The notes: generated by a model from the letters alone, not told the origin. Positions 1 to 8,114 are shown, counted from the first letter of the stretch. The stretch: 20,000 nt of DNA from Chthonomonadaceae bacterium (GCA_035650735.1 DASRGZ010000096.1:147747-167746), one strand, 5' to 3'. Numbers and translations: made by a program.

Positions 1-30
1 GCACCAACTATAAGGGTTTCGCCAACCCAG

Positions 31-114
31 CCCTCTCCCACGCTGCGGGAGAGGGGAGAGACCTCACCCCCGGCCCCTCTCCTTGAGAAGGAGAGGGGAG
101 CAGCCTCCCTTTTT
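31..114. repeat. Two tandem REP-like hairpins (CCCTCTCC...GGAGAGGG type) followed by a small hairpin with T tract
   Basis: ccctctccc(31-39)/gggagaggg(47-55); cctcacccc leader (62-70) then perfect 11-bp stem cccctctcctt(74-84)-gag-aaggagagggg(88-98); gggag-cagc-ctccc-tttt at about 96-114. Lies just downstream of the ECF stop codon. Confidence 0.7.
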
Positions 115-122
115 GCGCGAAA

Positions 123-1685
123 TTACGCCTTCAAACTCTTCTCCATCACCACCATCTCTAGGTGGGGCCGGAAGCCCAGTCTGGAGTACAGGTCTATCGT
201 TTCCGCCTCATGCCGATGCATATACGCATCAAGGGTTTGGTAGCCGTGCTGGCGCGCATATTCGAGCGCCCGCAGGTGCAGGGCTTGCCCGATCGCTTCC
301 TGCGGATACTCCCGACGCACGTTCCCGATCCCATAGTCCAGACGCTTCGCCCTGATTCCCTCCACGCGCCGCAGGTTGCAAACGCCGATGTAGCGGGCCT
401 TATCCAGGGCGATGAAATAGGCTTCGGGCAGGATATGCGGCATCCGCAGCCGCTGCGCTACGTAGTCGAGCGTGTAGGGCTGTGGCGGCGTCGGCGGGGT
501 CATCTCCTCGCGAATACCGTTCCAAAAATCGAGCAGCTTAGGCAGGTACTCCGGCTTGCGCTCGCGTTCCTCGGCCAGCGTCGAGAGGACGATTCCCTGC
601 GCCGCTACTTGCTCTCCAGCGGGAATCAAGGCCGCCGTCTCCGCCTCGGACACCAGGAGGCGCAGATGAGAAATCCGGCATAGTTCTGTAAAGCCGTGCT
701 CTTGCAGGAAGGCCAGCAGATCGGCGTAGTCCCTGTACTCCCGAACCCACACGGTATCCGCCGGCAACTCCCGCAGGTCTTCCAGCAAGCGCGCCAGCAA
801 CTGGTCGCCGACGCCGCGCCGCAGCAGCTCCGGCTGGACCACCAGATGAAGTCGGAACGTTTCCGGCTGCGGCCCCTGCTCGATGGAGCCGTAGCCGAGC
901 ACGCGCCTGGTTTGCGCATCTTCCGCAACATAGTGCCGCCGCGCCGCCAGAGTCTCATCAAAACGTCGGCGGTTGCGCAGCCAGACCTCGATATCCGGGC
1001 AGTCCGGGTCCAGAGCATGAGCGAGGGCGGCGACGGCCTCCCAATCCGGCTCGGCAAGCGGGCGCAGCAGACCCTGCACGCGCTCGGCAAACGTGGCATC
1101 CCGCGAGGGACGCTGTTCTTGCAGGTCCTCTTTCATCATGGCGAGCATCGCTCCTTTCAGCCGCTTCCGCGCCACGTAGAGCCGCTGCTTGACGGTCGTT
1201 ACCGGCACTTCCAGGAAGGCGGCCAGGTCGTTGTACGCGTAGTCGCCGATATAGAAGAGGGTCGTCGCCAGCCGCTCGCCTTCCGGCAGCGCCCGAATGG
1301 CCTCGCGCACACGTTCCCGCAGCTCGCGCTTTTCGGCGGCAGCCTGTGGGTCCGGCCCGTCGGCGGGAACCGTGAAGGCGGCCTCCAGCGGCGCCAGGGA
1401 CAGCCGCTTGCCGCGTGTCAGGCGGTGGCACTGCGTCAGCACGATGCGCCTGAACCAGCCGGGGAAGGCCGCCGGGTCACAGAGCTTGCTCATCTCGCGC
1501 CAGGCCGTCAAGAAAGCCTCCTGCGCGGCGTCTTCCGCCAGGTGCGCGTCTCCCAGCACGGCATAAGCGCAGCCGTAGGCCATGTCTTGAAAGCGTGCGA
1601 CGACCCCATCGAAGGCCGCGCGCCTTTCCGCCAGCGTGGCCTGCCGCGACCGTATTCTGGCTATTAGCCGCTCGATCTCTTCCAT
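123..1685 (-). CDS. ECF (group 4) sigma-70 factor with C-terminal tandem GNAT acetyltransferase-fold extension, 520 aa
   Basis: Sigma2 (FQDMAYGCAYAVLGDAHLAEDAAQEAFLTAW...AFPGWFRRIV) and sigma4 (AIRALPEGERLATTLFY...LAAFLEVPVTTVKQRLYVARKRL) in about the first 180 aa. Then GNAT1 (VVQPELLRRGVGDQLL...FLQEHGF) and GNAT2 (VRREYPQEAIGQAL...LYSRLGF). GGAG RBS upstream of ATG. Confidence 0.9.
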   Translation of the reverse strand: MEEIERLIARIRSRQATLAERRAAFDGVVARFQDMAYGCAYAVLGDAHLAEDAAQEAFLTAWREMSKLCDPAAFPGWFRRIVLTQCHRLTRGKRLSLAPLEAAFTVPADGPDPQAAAEKRELRERVREAIRALPEGERLATTLFYIGDYAYNDLAAFLEVPVTTVKQRLYVARKRLKGAMLAMMKEDLQEQRPSRDATFAERVQGLLRPLAEPDWEAVAALAHALDPDCPDIEVWLRNRRRFDETLAARRHYVAEDAQTRRVLGYGSIEQGPQPETFRLHLVVQPELLRRGVGDQLLARLLEDLRELPADTVWVREYRDYADLLAFLQEHGFTELCRISHLRLLVSEAETAALIPAGEQVAAQGIVLSTLAEERERKPEYLPKLLDFWNGIREEMTPPTPPQPYTLDYVAQRLRMPHILPEAYFIALDKARYIGVCNLRRVEGIRAKRLDYGIGNVRREYPQEAIGQALHLRALEYARQHGYQTLDAYMHRHEAETIDLYSRLGFRPHLEMVVMEKSLKA

Positions 1686-1878
1686 AACAGTGCTCCACCC
1701 GGATGGTCTTCATGATAAGGAGCCATCTTGCCGTCTCAAAGTTATGACGGGCGGTAAGCCCAAATCTAAAAGGGATGAGATAGGCGCATTCTATGTCAAT
1801 GTTCCTGTCCGCCTTTCCCTATACCTGCCTCCGGCGCATAGGGTACAATCTAGTCAGCCGGTCTGAGGGTGAAAAGGC

Positions 1879-3378
1879 ATGGAGGCAGGACAAGATCAAT
1901 CTGAGCGGATACGCGGCGCGTCACCGCGCGCTCTGAAAGCCGCAACCGAGATTCTGGCGCGCTGGGAAGCCGCGCGCGAGCGCAGCCCGCTGGATCGCGT
2001 CGTGGGCGGGGAGTTTCGCTCACGCCACTACCTCAACTCCAGCGAACGGCGCTGGGTTTCTGAGGCGATCTACGGCTGTGTGCGCTTCCTGCGGCGCCAG
2101 CGGCGCCTGCTGGAGATCCTGGGCCTGCCGGAAACCCCGGAGACGCTGGTCTCTGTCTGGGCCAGTGCGCCCGCCGCTGCGGACGGCCAGGCGCTCCCGC
2201 CCCTCTTTCCCTTCGGGAAGATACCGCCTCCCGCTTCGCCGGAGGCCCTACAGGCGGCGCTCGCCCGCCTGCCCGGTCCCGACTCGCCCCGCGACTTCCT
2301 GCGCGTCACTCTCTCTTTCCCCGACGCGATGGCCGCCGCCCTGGAGGAGCAGTTGGGCGAGGAGGCCGTCGCCGCCGCTCAGGCTTTCAATGCGCAGGCG
2401 CCCACGACCCTGCGCGTCAACACCCTGCGCGCGATCCGCCCGCAGGTGATGGATGCCCTGCCGGACGCTACGCCGACCCACTATTCACCCTGGGGATTGG
2501 AGCTGCCGCGCCGCGTCAACATCTACGATTTGACCGGGTTCCGTGCGGGCTGGTACGAGGTGCAGGAGGAGGCGAGCCAACTGGCCGCCCTGCTCACGGA
2601 CGCCCAGCCCGGCCAGACGGTCGTGGAGGTGGGCGCGGGCGCGGGCGGCAAAACGCTGGCCCTGGCGGCGCTGATGCAAAACCAGGGCCGGATCGTTGCG
2701 CTGGATACGGCCGAGACGCGGCTGGAGGAATTGCAGAAGCGCGCGGAACGGACGGGCGTCGCCTGCGTGGAGCCGCGTCTCCTCGCCGCCGATGCGCAGG
2801 GCCACTGGCAGCTTTCCAACACGGCCCGGCGCAAGCTGCAACTGCTCTACAGGGAGGCGGAAAACGTCCTGCTGGATGCCCCCTGCACCGGCAGCGGCAC
2901 CCTCCGCCGCAGCCCGGACTCCAAGTGGCGCGACCTGGACCTCCCTGCTTTTGCCCGGCTGCAGCAGATTATGCTCACGCAGGCGAGCGAATTCGTGGCG
3001 CAGGGCGGGCACCTTTTCTATACCGTATGCGCTTTTGAGCGCGCCCAGAACGAGGCAGTGGTGGAAGCCTTTCTGGCCTCGCCCGCAGGGGCCGCCTTTA
3101 CGCTGGTGCCAGCAGTACCGCGCCTGGTCGCCGCCTGCCGCCGCGCGGCGCTGCTGGCTCCCAACGCGGCAGCGCGCGCCCGTCTGGCCGCTGGCCGGAA
3201 CGCCGACTTGCGGCAGGGCGCAGCGGAAGGAGACACATCCCCGCCGGAGCAGGGCGCGGAAGCGCCTCTGGACGAGCAGGCGTTCGCGACGCTGGCGGCC
3301 GGCCCATTCCTGCACACTTGGCCGCACCGGCACGGAATGGATGCGTTTTTCATGGCCTGCCTGCGCCGGAACGAATAG
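1879..3378 (+). CDS. RsmB/NOP2 (Sun/Fmu-like) SAM-dependent RNA m5C methyltransferase
   Basis: LRVNTLR, EVQEEASQL, SAM motif VEVGAGAGGKT, motif IV LLDAPCTGSGTLRRSPD, motif VI variant YTVCAF, C-terminal PHRHGMDAFF. Confidence 0.9.
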   Translation: MEAGQDQSERIRGASPRALKAATEILARWEAARERSPLDRVVGGEFRSRHYLNSSERRWVSEAIYGCVRFLRRQRRLLEILGLPETPETLVSVWASAPAAADGQALPPLFPFGKIPPPASPEALQAALARLPGPDSPRDFLRVTLSFPDAMAAALEEQLGEEAVAAAQAFNAQAPTTLRVNTLRAIRPQVMDALPDATPTHYSPWGLELPRRVNIYDLTGFRAGWYEVQEEASQLAALLTDAQPGQTVVEVGAGAGGKTLALAALMQNQGRIVALDTAETRLEELQKRAERTGVACVEPRLLAADAQGHWQLSNTARRKLQLLYREAENVLLDAPCTGSGTLRRSPDSKWRDLDLPAFARLQQIMLTQASEFVAQGGHLFYTVCAFERAQNEAVVEAFLASPAGAAFTLVPAVPRLVAACRRAALLAPNAAARARLAAGRNADLRQGAAEGDTSPPEQGAEAPLDEQAFATLAAGPFLHTWPHRHGMDAFFMACLRRNE

Positions 3379-3440
3379 CAATAAATCCGGCGTAAGGAAA
3401 AGGAGTGGCGCCTGCCACTGTGGAACATTGCAGGTAATCC

Positions 3441-3547
3441 GAAAGGATAAGGCGGAAGGATGAAACGGGCAGAGGCTCTTCCTCCTCCACCGGATGAATG
3501 GAACAAAGTTTTTTCTTCATCCTTCCGCCTTCATCCTTCATCCTTTC
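3441..3547. repeat. Inverted pair of TTCATCC/GGATGAA heptamer-based short tandem repeats
   Basis: gaaaggataaggcggaaggatgaa (3441-3464) is nearly the reverse complement of ttcatccttccgccttcatccttcatcctttc (3516-3547). Confidence 0.8.
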
Positions 3548-3575
3548 GAGAGGCTGTCTTGTCAGTCAATTTGCC

Positions 3576-4379
3576 ATGATGGAAAGCTATCCAAGCGAGC
3601 AGGCGGCGCGCTGCGTCGCCGAGGGCCTTCGACTGCACGCGAGCGGCGCGCTGTCGGACGCAATCACCTCCCTGCGCCGCGCCGTGCTGCTCTATGCGGC
3701 CGACGACGAGGCGCAGACGGGGCCGGAGAGAACCCCACAGGAACGCTGCGCCTACCGCCGTGCCCGCGCCGATGCCTGCCAACGCTATGCCGACTGCCTG
3801 ACGGAAGCCGGAGAGCATCCGGAAGCCGCCAACATCTACCAGGAGGCCGCCGATCTCTATGCGCTGGTGGGGGATGAGGCCGCCCAACAGCAGGCCCGTG
3901 TCTGCGCCCAGAAGATACTGGCCGGCGTGGCCCAGTTACGCTCCCGCCCGCATGACCGCCTCTACCTGCTCATTGCCCACTACGAGCGCCGACAGCGGCA
4001 ATTGGCCCTCTCTGCGGGCACCGAGCAGGCGCAGGCAGAATGCGCCCGGCATATCGCCCGCGTGTTCCACCGGCGGGAGCGTCCGCAGGAGGCGCTGGAG
4101 CGCTATCAGGAGGCCCTGGCGCTCTATGCCCGCGTCCCACAGACCGAGGAGGTGGGGCTGGCCTGCGCCGAATGCCATCACCGCATGGCGAATCTGCTCC
4201 ACTATTATCTGGACGCGCTGGAGGCGGCGGCCCAGTCCTACCGGGAGGCCATCGCGCTCTATGCCGCTTACGGGCTTCCTACCTATAGCGGCGACCGGAT
4301 GATCTGCCTGCGCGCCGTGCAGGAGATTGAGCGCCATCTTGACGCGGCACGCTGCGCCCCGGAAACGAGAGAGGAGTAG
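3576..4379 (+). CDS. TPR-like helical repeat protein (about 267 aa)
   Basis: Repeated TPR-type helices (EAANIYQEAADLY, EALERYQEALALY, AAAQSYREAIALY). Start moved from 3498 to ATG 3576 because the upstream part translates the heptamer repeat. Confidence 0.75.
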   Translation: MMESYPSEQAARCVAEGLRLHASGALSDAITSLRRAVLLYAADDEAQTGPERTPQERCAYRRARADACQRYADCLTEAGEHPEAANIYQEAADLYALVGDEAAQQQARVCAQKILAGVAQLRSRPHDRLYLLIAHYERRQRQLALSAGTEQAQAECARHIARVFHRRERPQEALERYQEALALYARVPQTEEVGLACAECHHRMANLLHYYLDALEAAAQSYREAIALYAAYGLPTYSGDRMICLRAVQEIERHLDAARCAPETREE

Positions 4380-4401
4380 GCGCTGTAAAGGAGAAACTCG
4401 C

Positions 4402-5127
4402 ATGTCCGCCGACTCTCCGCTGGAGATCCACACGCTGCCGCTGTTTCCCCTGCATTGCGTGCTGTTCCCGCAATTTCCGCTCAAACTGCACGTCTTCGAA
4501 GAGCGGTACAGGGCTATGATAACCCGCTGCATCGAGGATAACGCGCCGTTCGGCGTCGTGCTGATCCGCGAGGGAGAAGAGGTCGGTGCGCCCGCCGTGC
4601 CCTACGAGGTCGGCTGCCTGGCGCGCATCCTGGCGGTGAAGCGGCTGGAAGATGGACGGATGTTTCTGTTGGCGGCTGGCGAGAGTCGTTTCCGTCTGCT
4701 GGACTATATGGAGGCCGACTTGCCCTACCTGATCGGGCGCATTCAGTTAGTGGAGGACGTGCCCACCGAGTCGCTTACTCTGCCGGCCTGCGCGCAGGAA
4801 ACGGCGGCGCTTTTCCAGCGCTACCTGGTCCTTCTGGCGGACCGCGCCCGCCTGGCGCTGCCTGCTGTGGAGCTTCCGGAGGATCCGCAGCTGCTCGGCT
4901 TCTGCATCGCTTCTGTCGCCCAATTTCCCCTGCCGGACAAGCAGCGCCTTCTGGAGATGACCGACACGCAGGAGCGCCTGGAAACCGAGATCGCGTTCTT
5001 ACGCGCGCTGGTAGCCGAACTGGAAGCCACGCCGGCCCCTACTCCAGGCGGCGCGGCCGCCGTGGCGGTGCCCGTAGACCCCGAAGCGGCCCACTGGCTT
5101 CAATATCGCCAGAGTTCCCGCAACTAG
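4402..5127 (+). CDS. Stand-alone LON peptidase substrate-binding (N-terminal, PUA-like) domain protein, 241 aa
   Basis: LPLFPLHCVLFP..PLKLHVFEERYRAMI...FGVVLI...VGCLARI...G..RFRL...PYL...KQRLLE; no AAA+ or protease domain. AAGGAG RBS before ATG 4402. Confidence 0.88.
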   Translation: MSADSPLEIHTLPLFPLHCVLFPQFPLKLHVFEERYRAMITRCIEDNAPFGVVLIREGEEVGAPAVPYEVGCLARILAVKRLEDGRMFLLAAGESRFRLLDYMEADLPYLIGRIQLVEDVPTESLTLPACAQETAALFQRYLVLLADRARLALPAVELPEDPQLLGFCIASVAQFPLPDKQRLLEMTDTQERLETEIAFLRALVAELEATPAPTPGGAAAVAVPVDPEAAHWLQYRQSSRN

Positions 5128-5196
5128 CCTCCGCGCTTCTTAACTCCCCTGTCTTGGAAAGGAATGACCTCCTCTGCTGGAATCGGCGGCGTTCCA

Positions 5197-5226
5197 TTGA
5201 CGCTTGGCTCCTTCCTGCGATATACT
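5197..5226 (+). promoter_or_regulatory. sigma70-type promoter for the ABC transporter, probably leaderless
   Basis: TTGACG (5197-5202), 18 nt, TATACT (5221-5226); ATG at 5232 with no SD. Confidence 0.65.
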
Positions 5227-5231
5227 ATCGC

Positions 5232-7166
5232 ATGAGCCCATCGCGTAACGCCGCCGATACACTCCCGCGCAATGCTGCCGCGCCCGACGCTGTTGTGCCC
5301 CGCCCTGATCGCCTGGAGGATACCAGCGACAGCAAGGAGAATGCGCCCGCAGAGCCGCCTCCCCGCCCCAAACCCATCGAAGAAGATGAGGTTCTGGGCA
5401 AAGCCTTCGATTGGACGCTCACGAAACGGCTCTTCACCTTCGTCCGTCCCTACGCCGCGCAGGTGCGCCGCGCCCTATTTCTCTCCGTCGTGCTGGCCGG
5501 GTTGGGTCTGCTCGGCCCCTACCTGTTTAAAGTCGCCATTGACGGGGGCATCGCGCGCCACAACATGGCGCTACTGGTCGGCATTTCCGTGGCCTACCTG
5601 ATGACCCAGTTCGCGGTCTGGCGGCTCGGCTACGAGCAGAACGTCCGCCTGGCCGAGATGGCCCAGAACGTGCTTTTCGACCTGCGCGACGCGCTGTTCG
5701 GGCACCTGCAAGCCCTGTCGCTGGACTTCTACGACCGCCGTGCCTCCGGCCGCCTCCTCTCCCGCCTCACCAACGATATCGAGAGCCTTAACGAGCTGGT
5801 CACCAGCGGCATGATCAATCTGGTCTCCGACTCCCTTTCGCTCCTCGGCATCATCGCTATCATGCTGGCGCTCAACTGGCGGCTGGCCCTGCTCACCTTC
5901 ACGCTGATCCCGCTGATCTTTATTGTCAGCCGCCTGTTCGGGCGCCGCGCCCGATCCGCCTTCCGCGAGAGCCGCAAAAAGATCGCCACCGTCACCGCCA
6001 ACCTCGCCGAGAGCCTGAACGGCGTGCGCGTCACCAAATCCTTCGGACGGGAGAAGCAGAACCTGGAGAAGTTCGGCCAGGTCAATGAAGAGAACATGCG
6101 CGCCAGCCTGGCCGCCGTCCTGGTCTTCGCCACCTTCTTTCCTATCCTGGAGCTCATCGGAGCGGTCGGCACCATGATGGTGCTCTGGTACGGCGGCCTG
6201 ATGATCGTGCATAGTCATGGCGTGGGCGCGACGCCGGGCCTGCTCGCGGCCTTCCTGGGCTACGTGGATCGCTTCTTCCAGCCCATCCGCAACACCACGC
6301 GTCTGTATAACTCGCTCCAGTCGGCGATGGCCTCCGCCGAGCGCGTCTTCGACATTCTGGATACCGCGCCCAGCGTCCAGGAGCAGCCCGGCGCACCCGA
6401 TCTGCCTGCGGCGCGCGGCGAGGTCGCCTTCGAGTGCGTCTCCTTCGCCTACGAGCCGGGGCAGGAGGTCCTGCACGACCTGAACCTGCGGGTAGCCGCC
6501 GGAGAGACCGTGGCCATCGTCGGCCCGACCGGCGCGGGCAAGTCCACGCTCATTGCGCTGCTTGCCCGCCTCTACGATCCGACCGCCGGGCGCATCACGA
6601 TAGACGGCACGGATAGCCGCGCCGTGACCCTTGCCAGCCTGCGCCGCCAGATGGGCGTGGTCCTGCAGGACTCCTTCCTCTTCTCCGGCACGGTGCGGGA
6701 GAACATCACCTACGGCAAGCCCGACGCCGAGATCCGCGCCGCCGCTCAACTCGTTGGGGCCGACCGCTTTATCGAGCGTCTGCCGCAGGGCTACGACACG
6801 CCCGTTGAGGAGCGCGGGCAACGCCTCTCCATCGGACAGCGCCAGCTTATCTCGTTTGCCCGCGCCCTCCTGGCCGACCCGCGCATCCTCATACTGGACG
6901 AGGCCACCGCCAGCATTGACGCCTACACGGAGATGCTCATCCAGAACGCCCTGCGCGCCCTGCTGCGAGGTCGCACCGCCTTCCTCATTGCCCACCGCCT
7001 CTCCACCGTCGTCGAGGCCGACCGCATCCTCGTCCTCAAAGACGGGCGCATCGTCGAGCAGGGAACGCACGCCCAGTTGCTTGCCGCTAAGGGCCTCTAC
7101 GCCCAGCTCTACGCCCGCCAGTTTGCCGATAGTCCCGACGAGACCGCCGTGACTTCGGCCCCCTGA
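5232..7166 (+). CDS. ABC-B family exporter half-transporter (TMD+NBD; MdlB/TM288-like), about 644 aa
   Basis: Multi-TM N-terminal domain; Walker A GPTGAGKST, Q-loop VVLQD, signature LSIGQRQ, Walker B ILILDEAT, H-switch IAHRL. Confidence 0.93.
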   Translation: MSPSRNAADTLPRNAAAPDAVVPRPDRLEDTSDSKENAPAEPPPRPKPIEEDEVLGKAFDWTLTKRLFTFVRPYAAQVRRALFLSVVLAGLGLLGPYLFKVAIDGGIARHNMALLVGISVAYLMTQFAVWRLGYEQNVRLAEMAQNVLFDLRDALFGHLQALSLDFYDRRASGRLLSRLTNDIESLNELVTSGMINLVSDSLSLLGIIAIMLALNWRLALLTFTLIPLIFIVSRLFGRRARSAFRESRKKIATVTANLAESLNGVRVTKSFGREKQNLEKFGQVNEENMRASLAAVLVFATFFPILELIGAVGTMMVLWYGGLMIVHSHGVGATPGLLAAFLGYVDRFFQPIRNTTRLYNSLQSAMASAERVFDILDTAPSVQEQPGAPDLPAARGEVAFECVSFAYEPGQEVLHDLNLRVAAGETVAIVGPTGAGKSTLIALLARLYDPTAGRITIDGTDSRAVTLASLRRQMGVVLQDSFLFSGTVRENITYGKPDAEIRAAAQLVGADRFIERLPQGYDTPVEERGQRLSIGQRQLISFARALLADPRILILDEATASIDAYTEMLIQNALRALLRGRTAFLIAHRLSTVVEADRILVLKDGRIVEQGTHAQLLAAKGLYAQLYARQFADSPDETAVTSAP

Positions 7167-7257
7167 TTGTGCGCCTCCGTTTCCTGGCATAAGCTCCTGA
7201 TCGCATGCTCCTGCGGCGCCCTGCGCGGGAGGCGCAGAACCGGCAGATGGCCGCGCA

Positions 7258-7358
7258 GCGCGCTCTGTAATTCTCGCAAGCTCGCCGGATAGAACCCGGA
7301 AATGCTCACCAGACCGGGTGCCGCGCGCTCTGTAATTCCCGGAAACGCCTGCCGATAA
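7258..7358 (+). promoter_or_regulatory. sigma28 (FliA/SigD)-like promoter within a 16-bp direct repeat
   Basis: gcgcgctctgtaattc at 7258-7273 and 7323-7338. The second copy gives GTAA(7332-7335)-N15-GCCGATAA(7351-7358), a perfect sigma28 -10 with an imperfect -35, upstream of the PilZ genes. Confidence 0.6.
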
Positions 7359-7481
7359 TTGACTGCAGCGCCCCCGTGCTGTCGGGAGAATGGCGGCGCC
7401 ACGTCGTGCCTTCCAGCACGACTGAGGCCAACCGGGCGGCCCGTCAGCACGCAGGCACCAGGAACAGAATAGACGAAGCGC

Positions 7482-8114
7482 ATGTTCAAGGTACGGGAAA
7501 CGGTCGAGATAACCATAAAGCCGAGCGGGGCGCGACTGGTGGGGATCGTCCGACACACCGACGGTCACCATTTGCTCATCGCCTGCGCCCAGGAGGAGTC
7601 CTCTCAGATCCAGCCAGGGACGCAGGTGGAGCTGGTGAAAGCGTGCGAGGGGGATGGCCTCTATCTCCTCATGACAACCGTGGCCGCTTGCTTTCAAGGC
7701 GGTTTCCGCGTGCCGTTGACAACGCCGCAGTATATTCAGCGGCGCCGCCAGCCGCGCGTTCCCTGTGACCTTCCGGCCCGTTACCGTCCGCAAGGCTCGC
7801 CCGGCAAGATGAAGACCGCCCGTGTCGGTAATATCAGCCTCGGCGGCGCCAAGGTCTACGTGGGCGGGCCCTTGCCGACGGATACCTTCGTGGAGCTGGA
7901 AATCCAGTTAAGCGCAGAGGAACGGATCGGCGCCACGGCGCAAGTTGTGCGCTGCCTTCCGCTGGAGGCTCCCATTTCCGGGGAGAGCGGCGAGCTGGCC
8001 TACGCGCTGGCGCTAAAATTTACGGAGATTGCTCGGGTCGATCAGATGCTGATACAGCGGTTCATGCAGGCCCAATCTATACCGATAGAGGCCGCAGGTC
8101 GCCGCCCGCGCTGA
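7482..8114 (+). CDS. PilZ-domain c-di-GMP receptor (YcgR/flagellar brake-like), 210 aa
   Basis: N-terminal beta-rich domain, then QRRRQPR (RxxxR) and NISLGGA ((D/N)xSxxG), C-terminal ALKF. Confidence 0.85.
   Translation: MFKVRETVEITIKPSGARLVGIVRHTDGHHLLIACAQEESSQIQPGTQVELVKACEGDGLYLLMTTVAACFQGGFRVPLTTPQYIQRRRQPRVPCDLPARYRPQGSPGKMKTARVGNISLGGAKVYVGGPLPTDTFVELEIQLSAEERIGATAQVVRCLPLEAPISGESGELAYALALKFTEIARVDQMLIQRFMQAQSIPIEAAGRRPR

Noticed and set aside
1788..1849. sigma70 promoter pieces in the ECF/RsmB divergent gap (TTGACA and TAGAAT on minus, TACAAT on plus)
   Set aside because: No properly spaced -35/-10 pair; single hexamers are insufficient.
3498..3575. N-terminal extension MEQSFFFILPPSSFIL on the TPR ORF, and ORF 3350-3541
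   Set aside because: Translations of the TTCATCC repeat, not protein-like.
7258..7338. 16-bp direct repeats as a mini-CRISPR
   Set aside because: Only two copies, too short, 49-nt spacer, no cas genes.
7167..7481. c-di-GMP (GEMM) riboswitch upstream of the PilZ genes
   Set aside because: Could not find the conserved GGCAAA...GACGCAAAGC core by eye; an Rfam scan would be decisive.
5571..7793. 740-aa antisense ORF
   Set aside because: Shadow of the ABC transporter in GC-rich DNA; no recognisable domain; conflicts with well-supported plus-strand genes.
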